A stretch of DNA of 64,000 bases from an uncultured Bacteroidota bacterium (GTDB lineage: Bacteria; Bacteroidota; Ignavibacteria; UBA10030; UBA6906): positions 192,001 through 256,000 of the forward strand of contig CAVOYH010000003.1 in assembly GCA_963700635.1 (NCBI GenBank), written 5' to 3'. Shown here one piece after another: positions 1 through 10,506 of the stretch. Under the pieces are notes generated by a model that was not told the DNA's origin, ran no database searches, and was given only the letters and a program-made list of their open reading frames with translations. Position numbers and translations under genes: made by a program. Numbering within the stretch: position 1 is the first letter of the stretch; the number at the start of each line of letters is the position of its first letter.

Positions 1-1174
1 AGAATCCGATATCTGCATCAAGTATCTCGCCGGACCGGGGATCGGAGATATGCGGACCGTATGCGTTCTGGATTTCCGAGGGGAGCCACCGAATGGTCGC
101 GTACCGCGCGTCTTCGGAGCTCCAATCCGGGTCTTCGGTTACGGAGGGAGGGTCCTTTGCGAGAATGGCGTTCTTGAATCCTGCCTTTTCGAATGCGGCC
201 TGCCAGGATTCAACGCCTCGTTTCAGGTACGGCCTCCATTTGTCGGGTACACCGCGGTCAATATAGAAGACAATGGGCTTCACCGGGTCGACGACATCAC
301 CCCTCAGAAATGCCGCGGTGTCTTGAGGTTCGAGGCGCCACCGCGCAATATACCGCCGCCGTTCCGCGCGATGACCGTCATACCCGTAGTCATAGACTTG
401 ATGTGAAAAGAAGCTGACGCGTTCATCATACAGGCGCGGCATCATGGGTTTGTCGGGGAGCCGGACCATGGAATGATGCATCAACAGACTGATGGTGCTG
501 AGCGCGTTGTCCATGGGTACCTGTCCCGCATCATAGGTGACCGTCACCCGCGTTTCAATATTGTCCGGAAATGACCGTACGCTTTCAATGAAGGTCCGTT
601 TCGGGTCAACCCTGCGAATTTTGAACTGCTCGCGAGTCCTGCGATCCATGCCCAGTTCGGTCATGTCCGCGACGTACAAATCTGTTGCGTCAACAACCAC
701 CGCGCTGGAGTCCTTGTTGAAGGCCTGAATATCAAAGACCATGAGAATCGGCGCAAAGTTGGCCTTCTCCACCGCATACGAAACCGGCAGGGAATCCGGC
801 GCGATAGATGCGTAGAGAACGCTGCGCAGAATAACACGGTCAGCCGATCGGTCCCACCGGACAACCTGAGTGTTAATGTTGTCACCTCCGTATCCGATAC
901 CGGGCTGGGTTTTTTCCTGTGATGTCACGAGCAGGTACTCTCTGCCAAATTCGCGTGCGGGAATCTCATAGTAGAGTTTTTGCTTGATCCGGTGTGCAAT
1001 GAACATCCCCGAATCCGACTTCGCCTCCTTCGTAATAACCTCGGCATACGGTTTCGGACCATCTTTTTTCTCGGGAGGTTTTGGTGATGCCCCGCCCGCC
1101 ACATCCGGTGGTTTTGTGGCTGCACAGCCAAGCATGAGCAATGCAGCCATGATGGGTATAGACAGGTGTTTCAT
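1..1174 (-). CDS. Zinc-dependent metalloprotease lipoprotein (DUF5118/DUF5117/DUF4953-type), 3' end outside the window
   Basis: Not in the ORF track. Manual translation from ATG 1174 gives MKHLSIPIMAALLMLGC (lipobox)...HHSMVRLPDKPMMPRLYDERVSFF...KPIVFYID...WQAAFEKAGFKNAI...EDARYATIRWLPSEIQNAYGPHISDPRSGEILDADI, open to the window edge. Confidence 0.85.
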   Translation of the reverse strand, partial: MKHLSIPIMAALLMLGCAATKPPDVAGGASPKPPEKKDGPKPYAEVITKEAKSDSGMFIAHRIKQKLYYEIPAREFGREYLLVTSQEKTQPGIGYGGDNINTQVVRWDRSADRVILRSVLYASIAPDSLPVSYAVEKANFAPILMVFDIQAFNKDSSAVVVDATDLYVADMTELGMDRRTREQFKIRRVDPKRTFIESVRSFPDNIETRVTVTYDAGQVPMDNALSTISLLMHHSMVRLPDKPMMPRLYDERVSFFSHQVYDYGYDGHRAERRRYIARWRLEPQDTAAFLRGDVVDPVKPIVFYIDRGVPDKWRPYLKRGVESWQAAFEKAGFKNAILAKDPPSVTEDPDWSSEDARYATIRWLPSEIQNAYGPHISDPRSGEILDADIGF

Positions 1175-1206
1175 TCGGCCGTACTCCCGGATAATAGGTG
1201 TGTGGA

Positions 1207-2073
1207 TTATTCTTCTCCCGTCAACATCTCTTTGGCCCTGACGAGCTCCTCCTTCTGCGCTTCCGTAAGCTCGGGATAGCGCAGATCCAGCGACTCCAGG
1301 GTCGAGTTGATGATCTGTGCGACGAGCGCGCGGGTGAACCATTTACGATCCGCAGGAATCACGTACCAGGGCGCCCACTCGGTGCTGGTATGTTCCAGCA
1401 TCTCCTCGTAGGCTTCCATATACTGCTTCCAGTATCCCCGTTCGCTGACATCGCTGATCGAGAATTTCCAGTTCTTTTCCGGCCTGTCAATCCGTTCCAG
1501 AAAGCGCTCTTTTTGTTCTTTCCTGGAGACATGGAGAAAAAACTTGAGAATCGTCACCCCCTGCCGGTCAAGGTAACGCTCGACAGCATTAATATCTTCA
1601 TACCGACTCTCCCAGAGTGACTCCAGGTTTGTCTGTTCGGGTAATCGTTGACGGAGGAGGTATTCCGGATGGACACGCACCACCAGCACCTCCTCATAGT
1701 GTGACCGGTTGAAGATGCCGATCCTTCCGCGTTCGGGGAGCGCCTTCATACATCGCCAGAGAAAATCGTGATCCAGTTCTTCCGTGGACGGCGCTTTGAA
1801 GCTGAACACCTGACAACCCTGGGGGTTCACGCCGGACATGACGTGTTTGATAACACTGTCCTTCCCCGCGGCATCCATCGCCTGAAAAATCAGGAGCAGG
1901 GCTCTGGTGTTCTGTGCATAAAGCACATTCTGGAGCTCCGCCAGGCGTTCAACATCCTTGCGGAGATCTTCGGCCGCATCATCCTTGTCCGTATACGATC
2001 CGGTGTCCCGGGTGTCGTACTCCTTGAGCGACACTTTTTTTCCGCCGCGCACCCGATAGTTGTCTGTCTTCAT
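1207..2073 (-). CDS. ppk2: Polyphosphate kinase 2 family (polyphosphate:nucleotide phosphotransferase, class III-like)
   Basis: QAMDAAGKD Walker A, GVNPQGC, FNRSHYEEVLVVRVH, WYVIPADRKW. Start moved to ATG 2073, which has GGAGGT upstream. Confidence 0.9.
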   Translation of the reverse strand: MKTDNYRVRGGKKVSLKEYDTRDTGSYTDKDDAAEDLRKDVERLAELQNVLYAQNTRALLLIFQAMDAAGKDSVIKHVMSGVNPQGCQVFSFKAPSTEELDHDFLWRCMKALPERGRIGIFNRSHYEEVLVVRVHPEYLLRQRLPEQTNLESLWESRYEDINAVERYLDRQGVTILKFFLHVSRKEQKERFLERIDRPEKNWKFSISDVSERGYWKQYMEAYEEMLEHTSTEWAPWYVIPADRKWFTRALVAQIINSTLESLDLRYPELTEAQKEELVRAKEMLTGEE

Positions 2074-2148
2074 GATACCTCCCGGTTCAGTTCTTCGTGC
2101 CGTGTGTTTCCTGTTCCGCGTCATTCCACTCGGACGTCTTCCGACCCC

Positions 2149-2787
2149 TCATTGCTCCCCTGACTCCCGATTCTTTCTCAGCATCATCACGATTTTGCTT
2201 ACCACCATGTCGATCGCCACGATGTTCTCAGATCCGCGGGGGATGATCACGTCCGCCCAGTGTTTGCTCGGCTCCACGAATTCCAGATGCATCGGTTTAA
2301 CTGTGGACATGTATTGCTGCATCACAGATTCAACGGACCGGCCACGCTCAAGGATGTCCCGACGAATACGCCGGATAAGACGTTCGTCGGCATCGGTATC
2401 CACGAAGATCTTGATATCCATCAACTCGCGCAGCTCTTTGTCCACGAAAATCAGGATCCCATCAATGATAATAATCTCACGCGGCTCCAGCCTGCGGGTT
2501 GAATCGAGTCGCCGGTGCGTGGTAAAATTGTAGATTGGCTCTTCGATCGGGAGTCCGGCCTTAAGATCCTTGATCTGCTGTATCAGCAAAGGGGTTTCGA
2601 GGGAGTCGGGATGATCAAAGTTCACCAGGTCCGGAGTGACTCCCCCGTACACGCTCAGGTCGCGGTAATACGAGTCGTGCTGGATGACGACAACCCTGGT
2701 GGTGTCGAGTCGTTTGAGAATTGCATGGGTGACGGTTGTCTTGCCGGACCCGGTGCCGCCGGCCAGTCCGATAACGAGGGGCTCCAT
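2149..2787 (-). CDS. udk: Uridine kinase
   Basis: IGLAGGTGSGKTT, DSYY, NFDHPDS, RRIRRDILERGR, VKPMHLEFVEPSK. Start at MEPLVIG. Confidence 0.95.
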   Translation of the reverse strand: MEPLVIGLAGGTGSGKTTVTHAILKRLDTTRVVVIQHDSYYRDLSVYGGVTPDLVNFDHPDSLETPLLIQQIKDLKAGLPIEEPIYNFTTHRRLDSTRRLEPREIIIIDGILIFVDKELRELMDIKIFVDTDADERLIRRIRRDILERGRSVESVMQQYMSTVKPMHLEFVEPSKHWADVIIPRGSENIVAIDMVVSKIVMMLRKNRESGEQ

Positions 2788-2874
2788 GATACAACACACG
2801 TTGTGAGAGGGGCGTGAAGTAGGACAAGATACAAGAAAAGGGGGAAAGGTCAAAAAGCGATGTGGCGCACGGTT

Positions 2875-4272
2875 TTAGAGATCCAGGCGCTTTTTCCACC
2901 GACGCAACGCGCGAGACACTTCTGCAGGGGAAGTGGATCCGGCAGACTTCTTCCGGAGCAGGGAAGCTCGTGGATCCAGCACAGTATACACGTCGGCCTC
3001 AAAGAGAACACTGAACGCTCGATACCGGTCCAGGGGGAGGTCCCCGAGCGCAGACCCGCTGTCAGCACACTCCTTCACAATGGAACCTGCGACGGTGTAT
3101 GCCGTGCGGAAGGGCAGACCCTTACGCGCAAGATAATCGGCCAGTTCGGTCGCAAGGAGAAAATCCGAACGGAGTTCATCTTCGAACCGTGCAGAATCAA
3201 AGCGAATGGTGTCAAACATACGCGCCATGATCGAGAGCGAACCGGTGGTCGTGTCCAGCGCGTCAAAGAGAGGTTCCTTATCCTCCTGCATGTCGCGGTT
3301 GTACGAGAGCGGCAGCCCCTTCATAAGGGTCAGCAGGGCCACAAGGTCCCCGTACACTCGCCCGGTCTTCCCCCGGACCAGTTCCGCCATATCGGGGTTC
3401 TGCTTCTGGGGCATGATGCTGCTGCCGGTGGTGAAGGCTTCACCGATCACGGCAAAATGCCATTCCCGGGAGACCCACATCACCAGTTCTTCCGACAACC
3501 GGCTGAGATGCATCATGGTGAGGGCGCAGCAGGAAACACACTCCAGAAGCGCATCACGATCGCTGACGGCATCGATGCTGTTTTCCACGATGCCGGACAG
3601 GCCCAGCCGCCGTGCTGTGGATGACCGGTCAATGGGAAACGGTGTTCCGCCCAGCGCCGCGGCCCCGAGGGGCGAACGTGCAGCCCGCTTCAGAGCGTCG
3701 CCAAACCGGCCACGGTCACGTTCAAACATCTCAACGTAGGCCAGCAGATGATGTGCCAGAAGTATCGGCTGGGCCCGCTGGAGATGTGTATAGCCGGGCA
3801 TCATCAGATCGTTGTACGCGTGAGCTTTTTGCACAAGGACACGCTGCAGATTGCGGAGGAGATCCTGCACCCTGGGTATTTCCCGCCGGAGATAAAGACG
3901 TTCGTCAAGCGCGACCTGATCATTCCGGCTCCGGGCGGTATGCAGCATCTTTCCAATCGCGCCGACCTTCCGAACGAGGCGATACTCGATCGCCATGTGG
4001 ATGTCATCTGTGGCAAGCCGTGCGGGGGTGCCGCCGCCGGGGTGCCCGGGCAGGCGTCCCGCCTCGATCTCCTTGCGGATCTCCATCAGCGCGGTCCGGA
4101 TTTTTCTGGCCGCCGCAGCGGGTATGATCTTCTGCTTCGCAAGCATGGTGACGTGGGCAATGCTGCCATCAATGTCTTCGCGGTAGAGACGCTGATCAAC
4201 TGCCAGCGACGACGAGAATTTCTGTGCCTCGTCGTCCAGAGGAGTCCGGAACCGGCCACGGGGTGGTGTCAT
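2875..4272 (-). CDS. argH: Argininosuccinate lyase
   Basis: [47 protein letters not shown]. Confidence 0.97.
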   Translation of the reverse strand: MTPPRGRFRTPLDDEAQKFSSSLAVDQRLYREDIDGSIAHVTMLAKQKIIPAAAARKIRTALMEIRKEIEAGRLPGHPGGGTPARLATDDIHMAIEYRLVRKVGAIGKMLHTARSRNDQVALDERLYLRREIPRVQDLLRNLQRVLVQKAHAYNDLMMPGYTHLQRAQPILLAHHLLAYVEMFERDRGRFGDALKRAARSPLGAAALGGTPFPIDRSSTARRLGLSGIVENSIDAVSDRDALLECVSCCALTMMHLSRLSEELVMWVSREWHFAVIGEAFTTGSSIMPQKQNPDMAELVRGKTGRVYGDLVALLTLMKGLPLSYNRDMQEDKEPLFDALDTTTGSLSIMARMFDTIRFDSARFEDELRSDFLLATELADYLARKGLPFRTAYTVAGSIVKECADSGSALGDLPLDRYRAFSVLFEADVYTVLDPRASLLRKKSAGSTSPAEVSRALRRWKKRLDL

Positions 4273-5522
4273 GAGCCGGACTCAGCCAACGCGATCAGTT
4301 TGGACGGGGTATGCAGAGTCACTCCGCTGCCGTTCACCTCGTTGTACGTCTTCACAGGAAGCCCGTAGATGGCAATAAAACCCTGCGAGGCTTTGTGGTC
4401 AAACGTATCTTCCTCGGTGTACGTCGCCAGCTTGGTGTTGTACAGAGAATGAACCGAGGACCGCCCTGCGATAGTGACGTTACCGCGGTAGAGCTTGACG
4501 CGCACAAGGCCGCTCACGGTTTTTTGTGTTTCATTGACAAAGGCGTCCATGGGAGCGCGGAGCGGAGAAAACCACAGGCCGTTGTACACCATGTTTGCAT
4601 AGTCGGCGGAAAGTTGGTTCTTCATGTGAAAAACCGCCCTGTCCAGGGTGAGCCGCTCGAGTTCGGTATGAGCGAAGTGCAGGATCGTGGCGCCAGGCGC
4701 TTCATAGACCTCACGTGACTTGATCCCGACAAGCCGGTTTTCCACGAGATCAAGGCGTCCGACACCATGGGCACTCCCGATCTTGTTGAGGGTTTGCACA
4801 AGCGTCACGGAGTCAAGCGGTGTTCCGTTCAGCGCAACGGGTATCCCCTGTTCGAACACGATATCAACATACTCGGGTTTTGCCGGAGCGAGTTCGGGCG
4901 CCACGGTGCGCTGAAACGCATCGGCGGGCGGCTCGACCATAGGATCTTCCAGCACCCCGCACTCCACACTCGTTCCCCAGATGTTCTCGTCGATCGAATA
5001 CGGGTTCTTTATCGTCGCGGAGACAGGAATGTTGTGCTTCTGGGCATAGGCGATCTCTTCTTCGCGTGATTTGAATTCCCATTCCCGGAGCGGGGCGACC
5101 GACAGCAGGTCGGGCGCCAGGGCCGCTACCGAGACCTCAAACCGGACCTGATCGTTCCCTTTTCCCGTACATCCGTGGGCGACCATGGTCGCACCCTCTT
5201 TCCGCGCGATTTCCACAAGACCTTTGGCGAGAAGGGGGCGGCCCAGGGACGTGGCCATCGGATACGTCTTTTCGTACAGTGCACCCGCTTTGAGCGCCGG
5301 GAACACATACTCCTCCAGAAATTCCTTTTTCATGTCACAGACGTAGGCCTTTACGGCGCCTGTCTGAATGGCCTTTTCTTTTACCCCCTCGAGTTCACGG
5401 CTGTAGCCAAGATCGCCGGTGAAGGTGATAACTTCGGCATTCTTTTCCTCGATCAACCAGCGCACCATCACCGATGTATCCAGTCCGCCGGAATACGCAA
5501 CCACGACTCGTTCTTTCTTCAT
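4269..5522 (-). CDS. argG: Argininosuccinate synthase
   Basis: [40 protein letters not shown]. Confidence 0.97.
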   Translation of the reverse strand: MKKERVVVAYSGGLDTSVMVRWLIEEKNAEVITFTGDLGYSRELEGVKEKAIQTGAVKAYVCDMKKEFLEEYVFPALKAGALYEKTYPMATSLGRPLLAKGLVEIARKEGATMVAHGCTGKGNDQVRFEVSVAALAPDLLSVAPLREWEFKSREEEIAYAQKHNIPVSATIKNPYSIDENIWGTSVECGVLEDPMVEPPADAFQRTVAPELAPAKPEYVDIVFEQGIPVALNGTPLDSVTLVQTLNKIGSAHGVGRLDLVENRLVGIKSREVYEAPGATILHFAHTELERLTLDRAVFHMKNQLSADYANMVYNGLWFSPLRAPMDAFVNETQKTVSGLVRVKLYRGNVTIAGRSSVHSLYNTKLATYTEEDTFDHKASQGFIAIYGLPVKTYNEVNGSGVTLHTPSKLIALAESGS

Positions 5523-5971
5523 GTAGCTTCCTCAATCAATATGTGTTTTAGATAGTTCAATACCTGTTGTGTTTTTGTCGTTGAAACGGGGATCACGAGC
5601 AGGGTGTTATCCCCCGCCACGGTGCCCAGGATGTGCGGGGAGTTCTGAATATCCACATACTCTCCGACCGTGTGTGCGGCGCCCGGAAGTGTATGGATCA
5701 CGATCACGAGCTCGTTGGCATCCATTCCCAGAACTTCGGCGCCCACGATCGGACGGAGGGCGGAGGATCCGTCTTGCGCGGGAATTGCATACTGGGGGAC
5801 TCCTCCGCGCACGATGCGGCTCACGCCGATTTCTTTCATATCGCGGGAAAGCGTGGCCTGCGTAACACGGAATGATCGTTTAGCCAGTTCCCGGCGAAGA
5901 GACTCCTGCGACGTAACCGTCCGCGTCGCCAGGATCTCCCGCACCGCGTACTGCCGCGCTGTTTTTGTCAT
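5519..5971 (-). CDS. argR: Arginine repressor
   Basis: VTQATLSRD winged-HTH motif, [14 protein letters not shown]. Confidence 0.95.
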   Translation of the reverse strand: MTKTARQYAVREILATRTVTSQESLRRELAKRSFRVTQATLSRDMKEIGVSRIVRGGVPQYAIPAQDGSSALRPIVGAEVLGMDANELVIVIHTLPGAAHTVGEYVDIQNSPHILGTVAGDNTLLVIPVSTTKTQQVLNYLKHILIEEAT

Positions 5972-5995
5972 ATACCGTCTCCTTCCGGAAGGATC

Positions 5996-6844
5996 TCAGT
6001 GGACCACTTCGGTGCCGACCCCTTCCTTCGTAAAGATCTCCAACAACAGGGAGTGTTTCACCCGTCCATCGATAATATGCACCTTGTTCACCCCCGCGTC
6101 GAGCGCGCCAAAGGCCGACCTGATTTTCGGAACCATCCCGCTGCTGACGGTCCCTGCATCCACAAGGGACGCCGCCTGCACCCGACCCAGCGAGTGCAAC
6201 AGTTCGCCGTCCACCAGCACACCCGGCACGTCACTGAGATACACAAGCTTTTCCGACTGGAGGGCTGCGGCGAGGCACCCCGCGGCAATGTCGGCATTTA
6301 TGTTGTACACCTGCCCCTCTGTGTCAACACCGATGGGAGCGATCACCGGCATCACGTCGTGCGTGAACAGGAGTTCCAGAAACGTTGTGTTGACACGGAC
6401 AATATCGCCCACAAGGCCGAGGTCGGCTCCCTCCTCGGCGTGTTTGCGGACGAGAAAAAGTCCGTTATCGACGCCACTCAGCCCTACTGCCCCGCCATCG
6501 TGCTGGTTGATCCGTGCGACAATATCCTGGTTGGTTTTGCCCCCCAGCACCATCTGCACAACGTTCATCATGCCGGAGTCGGTGTACCGTTGGCCCTGCA
6601 CGAAGCGCGTCTGGACACCCAGCTTGCCGGCAAGGTCGGTGATGTCTTTCCCTCCACCGTGCACGATGACTATCCGGATTCCGATTTTCTTGAGGAGGGT
6701 CACATCCTGTGCGAATGTCTCCGTAAGATCCTCATCCACCATGGCCGCACCGCCATATTTGATCACGAACGTTTTTTGTTCGTACTGCTGAATGTACGGC
6801 AGGGCCTCAATCAGGATTTCGGTTTTGTCAGCAATCGTGGTCAA
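5996..6844 (-). CDS. argB: Acetylglutamate kinase
   Basis: EALPYI, VIKYGGAAM, VHGGG, NINAD, GMVPKI, HIIDGR. Probable TTG start at 6844; the ORF is open to 6901. Confidence 0.95.
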   Translation of the reverse strand: MTTIADKTEILIEALPYIQQYEQKTFVIKYGGAAMVDEDLTETFAQDVTLLKKIGIRIVIVHGGGKDITDLAGKLGVQTRFVQGQRYTDSGMMNVVQMVLGGKTNQDIVARINQHDGGAVGLSGVDNGLFLVRKHAEEGADLGLVGDIVRVNTTFLELLFTHDVMPVIAPIGVDTEGQVYNINADIAAGCLAAALQSEKLVYLSDVPGVLVDGELLHSLGRVQAASLVDAGTVSSGMVPKIRSAFGALDAGVNKVHIIDGRVKHSLLLEIFTKEGVGTEVVH

Positions 6845-6851
6845 TGCGGCC

Positions 6852-8054
6852 TCATGTCCGGTAGTTCGCATTAATGGTGACGTATTCCCGCGAGAGATCA
6901 CAGGTCCAGAACAACGCTGACGCCGTGCCGCGATGGAGGCGGATCGTAATCAGGATATCCTTGCGGGAGAGTATTTCTTTGGCCTCTTCTTCTGAAAAAT
7001 CAATCACGTAGTTCGACCGGAGGATAGGCAGGGTGCCGAAGCTGATTTCCACCCTGGCCGGGTCAAACGTAATTCCTGCGTTGCCGAGCGCAGCCAGGAT
7101 CCGGCCCCAGTTGGCATCTTCTCCGTTGAGTGCGGTCTTGACAAGGTTGGAGTTCGCCACAGCCCGTGCGGCTTTTGCGGCCTCCGCTTCGGTGTCCGCT
7201 TCCGTAACACGTATCTCGACAAACTTCGTCGCTCCTTCTCCGTCCATCACGACCATTTTCGCCAGGGCGATAAGCACATGCTCGAGCGCCTGATAGAAGG
7301 GCGTGTACCCCGGGTTCTGCTCGCTGTCAATGATAGGATTGCCGGCGCGTCCGTTGGCAAGAACGGCAACCATATCATTGGTGCTCGTATCTCCGTCAAC
7401 AGAAATACGGTGAAACGAACGATCCACAGCCTGACGTGTCGCCGTGCGCAGCACTTCGGGGGTGATCAGGGCATCGGTGGTCACCACGGCAAGCATGGTG
7501 GCCATGTTGGGTGCAATCATGCCCGAACCTTTGGCCATTCCGCCGACCGTGACCCTGCTCTCGCCCACCATACAGCGGACGGCAGCCTCCTTGGAAAACG
7601 TGTCCGTCGTCCGGATCGCTTCGGCCGCGCCGGTCCCGTCGGCTCCCAGATGCTCCACCGCCACCTGAATGCCGGAGAGGATAACGCTGATCGGAAGATA
7701 CTGGCCGATAACACCGGTGGACGATATGAGCACTTCGCTGTCGCTGATACCGAGAGCGGCGGCCGTCGTGTTGACCATGGACCACGCATCGTCAAGTCCC
7801 CGCGCCCCCGTGCAGGCGTTGGCGTTGCCACTGTTGATCAGCACGGCGCGGATGACGGACGACCGGTCGAGCTGTGCGCGATCCACAACCACCGGCGCCG
7901 CCACAACGGTATTGGTCGTGAATACCCCCGCTGCAACAGCCGGTGTCTCAGTGTACACCAGCGCCAGATCCTTCCGGGCCTTCTTTACACCACAATGAAT
8001 CCCTGCCGCCTGAAAACCAATCGGCGCGGTCACACCCTCCTGAACAACCTCCAT
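6852..8054 (-). CDS. argJ: Glutamate N-acetyltransferase / N-acetylglutamate synthase ArgJ
   Basis: NSGNANACTG, STGVIG, KGSGMIAPNMATML (autoprocessing Thr), DGDTSTND, DGEGATK, NANYRT. Confidence 0.97.
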   Translation of the reverse strand: MEVVQEGVTAPIGFQAAGIHCGVKKARKDLALVYTETPAVAAGVFTTNTVVAAPVVVDRAQLDRSSVIRAVLINSGNANACTGARGLDDAWSMVNTTAAALGISDSEVLISSTGVIGQYLPISVILSGIQVAVEHLGADGTGAAEAIRTTDTFSKEAAVRCMVGESRVTVGGMAKGSGMIAPNMATMLAVVTTDALITPEVLRTATRQAVDRSFHRISVDGDTSTNDMVAVLANGRAGNPIIDSEQNPGYTPFYQALEHVLIALAKMVVMDGEGATKFVEIRVTEADTEAEAAKAARAVANSNLVKTALNGEDANWGRILAALGNAGITFDPARVEISFGTLPILRSNYVIDFSEEEAKEILSRKDILITIRLHRGTASALFWTCDLSREYVTINANYRT

Positions 8055-8069
8055 GGTCAACTCCTGGTT

Positions 8070-9107
8070 CTACTGCAACAGATGGTGTTCGGGATATCCG
8101 AACATGATGTTCATATTCTGAATCGCCTGTCCCGCCGCGCCCTTGACAAGGTTGTCAATCACTGATGTCACGACGAGTTTTCCGGTATGTGGCTCCACAA
8201 ACGCGGCGATGTCACAATAATTCGTGTAGACCACGGACCTGATTTCAGGAATGCGGGCTCTCCAACGCACAAAGGGTTCATCCTTGTAGTACTTCGCGTA
8301 CGTCTCATCCACATGCCCGGGCGAAACATCCGGCTTAAGATCGGCGTGTACGGTCGTGTAGATGCCCCGCGTAATCGGGATCAGGTGTGGAACAAAGGAA
8401 AGCGTCACGGGCATGTCCGAGACTCTCTCCAGAGTGGTTCTGATTTCCGGGATGTGCTGGTGGGTGCCGATCTTGTAGGCCCGCACGCTTTCATTCACCT
8501 CGGAAAAGCTCAACTCCACCGCACTGCTCCGTCCGGCGCCTGACACGCCGGACAGCGAGTTAATCACGATGCCCCTGGTGTCGATCAGACCGGCGGCAAC
8601 CGCCGGCAGGAGTGCGAGTAGAGCGCCGGTCGGGTAACATCCGGGGTTTGCGACAAGGTTTGCTGATCGGATATGATCGCGATTCAGCTCGGGGAGGCCG
8701 TACACTGCCTGCCCGAGCAGGGCCGGGGCGCTGTGCGGCTTCTTGTAGTAACGTTCGTACATTTCCGCGGAGGGGAGCCGGAGATCACCCCCGAGGTCAA
8801 TGATCCGGGCTCCCAGAGGCTGTAACAACGGAACGATTTCCATCGCCTCACCCGACGGGAGGGCCAGAAACACACAGTCCAGGCCGGCACACGCCTCCGG
8901 CCTGAATGCTGTGAACGTCAACGGTACAACGCCGGAGAGAAAGGGATGGACATCTTCCACCAGTCTGCCGGCGTGCGTATGCGCCGTCACGAGTTCGATC
9001 TGTATCGAGGGAGCCGGCGCCAGCAGTCGCAGCAACTCACCGCCGGAGTAGCCGGACGCGCCGACAATGCCGACGCGGAGAGGATCGGGGATTGATTTTG
9101 TCTTCAT
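8070..9107 (-). CDS. argC: N-acetyl-gamma-glutamyl-phosphate reductase
   Basis: GASGYSG, ANPGCYPT, SGVSGAGR, DNLVKGAAGQAIQNMN. Confidence 0.97.
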   Translation of the reverse strand: MKTKSIPDPLRVGIVGASGYSGGELLRLLAPAPSIQIELVTAHTHAGRLVEDVHPFLSGVVPLTFTAFRPEACAGLDCVFLALPSGEAMEIVPLLQPLGARIIDLGGDLRLPSAEMYERYYKKPHSAPALLGQAVYGLPELNRDHIRSANLVANPGCYPTGALLALLPAVAAGLIDTRGIVINSLSGVSGAGRSSAVELSFSEVNESVRAYKIGTHQHIPEIRTTLERVSDMPVTLSFVPHLIPITRGIYTTVHADLKPDVSPGHVDETYAKYYKDEPFVRWRARIPEIRSVVYTNYCDIAAFVEPHTGKLVVTSVIDNLVKGAAGQAIQNMNIMFGYPEHHLLQ

Positions 9108-9111
9108 GGGT

Positions 9112-9149
9112 ATTGCATAAATATACAAGAAGTTGTATCTTTATGCAAG
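9112..9149. promoter_or_regulatory. Tandem ARG boxes overlapping divergent sigma70-type promoters for argC and argD
   Basis: ATTGCATAAATATACAAG (9112-9129), 2 bp, GTTGTATCTTTATGCAAG (9132-9149), matching the TGMAT-W4-ATKCA ARG-box pattern. TTGCAT-N17-TATCTT on + and TTGCAT-N17-TATATT on -. argR is in the operon. Confidence 0.85.
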
Positions 9150-9171
9150 AACAATTTTCGGGAGGCTGTCC

Positions 9172-10356
9172 ATGTCGCTCTTCGTCCGCGAAACCACGTC
9201 CCTCTTCCATACCTACAAGCGGCTCCCCCTCCATATTGTCCGGGGGGAGGGGATGTACATCTATACCGCGGATGGAACCCGTTATCTGGACATGTTCGCC
9301 GGCATCGCCGTGAATGCGCTCGGGCATGCACATCCGAGGATTGTTGCTGCCATTACGGACCAGGCCGCCCGCTACATCCATGTCTCCAATTATTTCGCCC
9401 AGGAACCTCAGATACACCTTGCAGAACTCCTTCTCCAGTACACCGGCGCGGCACGCGTGTTCTTCACAAACAGCGGGACGGAAGCTATGGAGGGTGCAAT
9501 AAAAATCGTGCGACAGTGGGGAAGCACCCGCGGCAAGACGCACATTGTTGGATTCAGTAACGCGTTCCACGGCAGAACGTTCGGCCCGCTGTCTCTTATG
9601 GACCGCCCCTCCTACCGTGATGGGTTCGGGCCGTTTCTGGCCGGCTGTACATCACTCCCCTTTAATGATAACGATGCTCTGAGGGCCGGGGTTGGTCCGG
9701 AGACAGCCGCCGTTGTCATCGAGTGTATTCAGGGCGAGGGAGGCATCAGGCCCGTCACATCGTCCTTCGTGGATACCCTCCAGGAACTCCGCAAGCAGTA
9801 CGGATTCCTTCTGATCGCGGATGAGATACAGAGCGGCGTGGGACGGACTGGGCGATTTCTGGCCTCGGAACATTTTTCCCTGAACGCCGACATTGTCACG
9901 CTTGCAAAACCAATAGGCGGAGGACTCCCTCTCGGAGCCATTCTCGGCACTCAGTCGGTCGGCGATGTCCTGCAACCGGGCATGCATGGCACCACATTCG
10001 GCGGGAATCCTGTCGCGTGCGCAGCAGGTATCGCCGTCATGGAAGAAATCCAGGACCATTCACTCATGCCCCACGCAACATCAATGGGCAATCTGATGCT
10101 CTCCCGGCTGCGCGAGTGTGTGACCGAATATCCGGCGCTCTGCAAGGAGGTCCGCGGGATCGGACTGATGGTTGGACTGGAGCTAACCGTCGACGCCGAA
10201 CCGGTCGTGACCGCCATGCGCGGACATGGGATTCTTATCAACGGAACAGATAAGACTGTCTTGCGCTTTGTTCCCCCCCTCATTGTGACCCCTGAAGAGA
10301 TCCACCGGACCGTGGACACCCTGCGGCAGGTCCTGTCCGGGATTTCCTCTTTTTGA
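9172..10356 (+). CDS. argD: Acetylornithine aminotransferase (class III PLP)
   Basis: FFTNSGTEA, FHGRT, IQGEGG, DEIQSGVGRTG, LAKPIGGG, HGTTFGGNP. GGAGG precedes ATG 9172. Confidence 0.92.
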   Translation: MSLFVRETTSLFHTYKRLPLHIVRGEGMYIYTADGTRYLDMFAGIAVNALGHAHPRIVAAITDQAARYIHVSNYFAQEPQIHLAELLLQYTGAARVFFTNSGTEAMEGAIKIVRQWGSTRGKTHIVGFSNAFHGRTFGPLSLMDRPSYRDGFGPFLAGCTSLPFNDNDALRAGVGPETAAVVIECIQGEGGIRPVTSSFVDTLQELRKQYGFLLIADEIQSGVGRTGRFLASEHFSLNADIVTLAKPIGGGLPLGAILGTQSVGDVLQPGMHGTTFGGNPVACAAGIAVMEEIQDHSLMPHATSMGNLMLSRLRECVTEYPALCKEVRGIGLMVGLELTVDAEPVVTAMRGHGILINGTDKTVLRFVPPLIVTPEEIHRTVDTLRQVLSGISSF

Positions 10357-10439
10357 TAAGTGCTTGTCGAATTTGGCAACACTTGCTCGATCGCCGGGTA
10401 TAAAATCCCCTTCCTGATGCGATTTTCCGTATCTTGTTC

Positions 10440-10455
10440 TGGCACACGCATTGTG
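10440..10455 (+). promoter_or_regulatory. Putative sigma54-type -24/-12 element upstream of nfnA (non-canonical -12)
   Basis: TGGCACA-CGCA-TTGTG, about 50 bp upstream of the start codon. A sigma70-like TTGTGG-N17-TATATA overlaps it. Confidence 0.35.
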
Positions 10456-10506
10456 GTTTAACTCTTTTCAACGTATATATTTCCGCCTTCACGGTACAGG
10501 AGACCC

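Noticed and set aside
70-95. Suspected frameshift in the metalloprotease gene at a G run
   Set aside because: Recounting shows four G residues, and the frame reads RWLPSEIQNAYGP intact.
5670-8165. Long + strand ORFs (373, 291 and 295 aa)
   Set aside because: Antisense shadows of argR/argB/argJ with no motifs; expected in GC-rich DNA.
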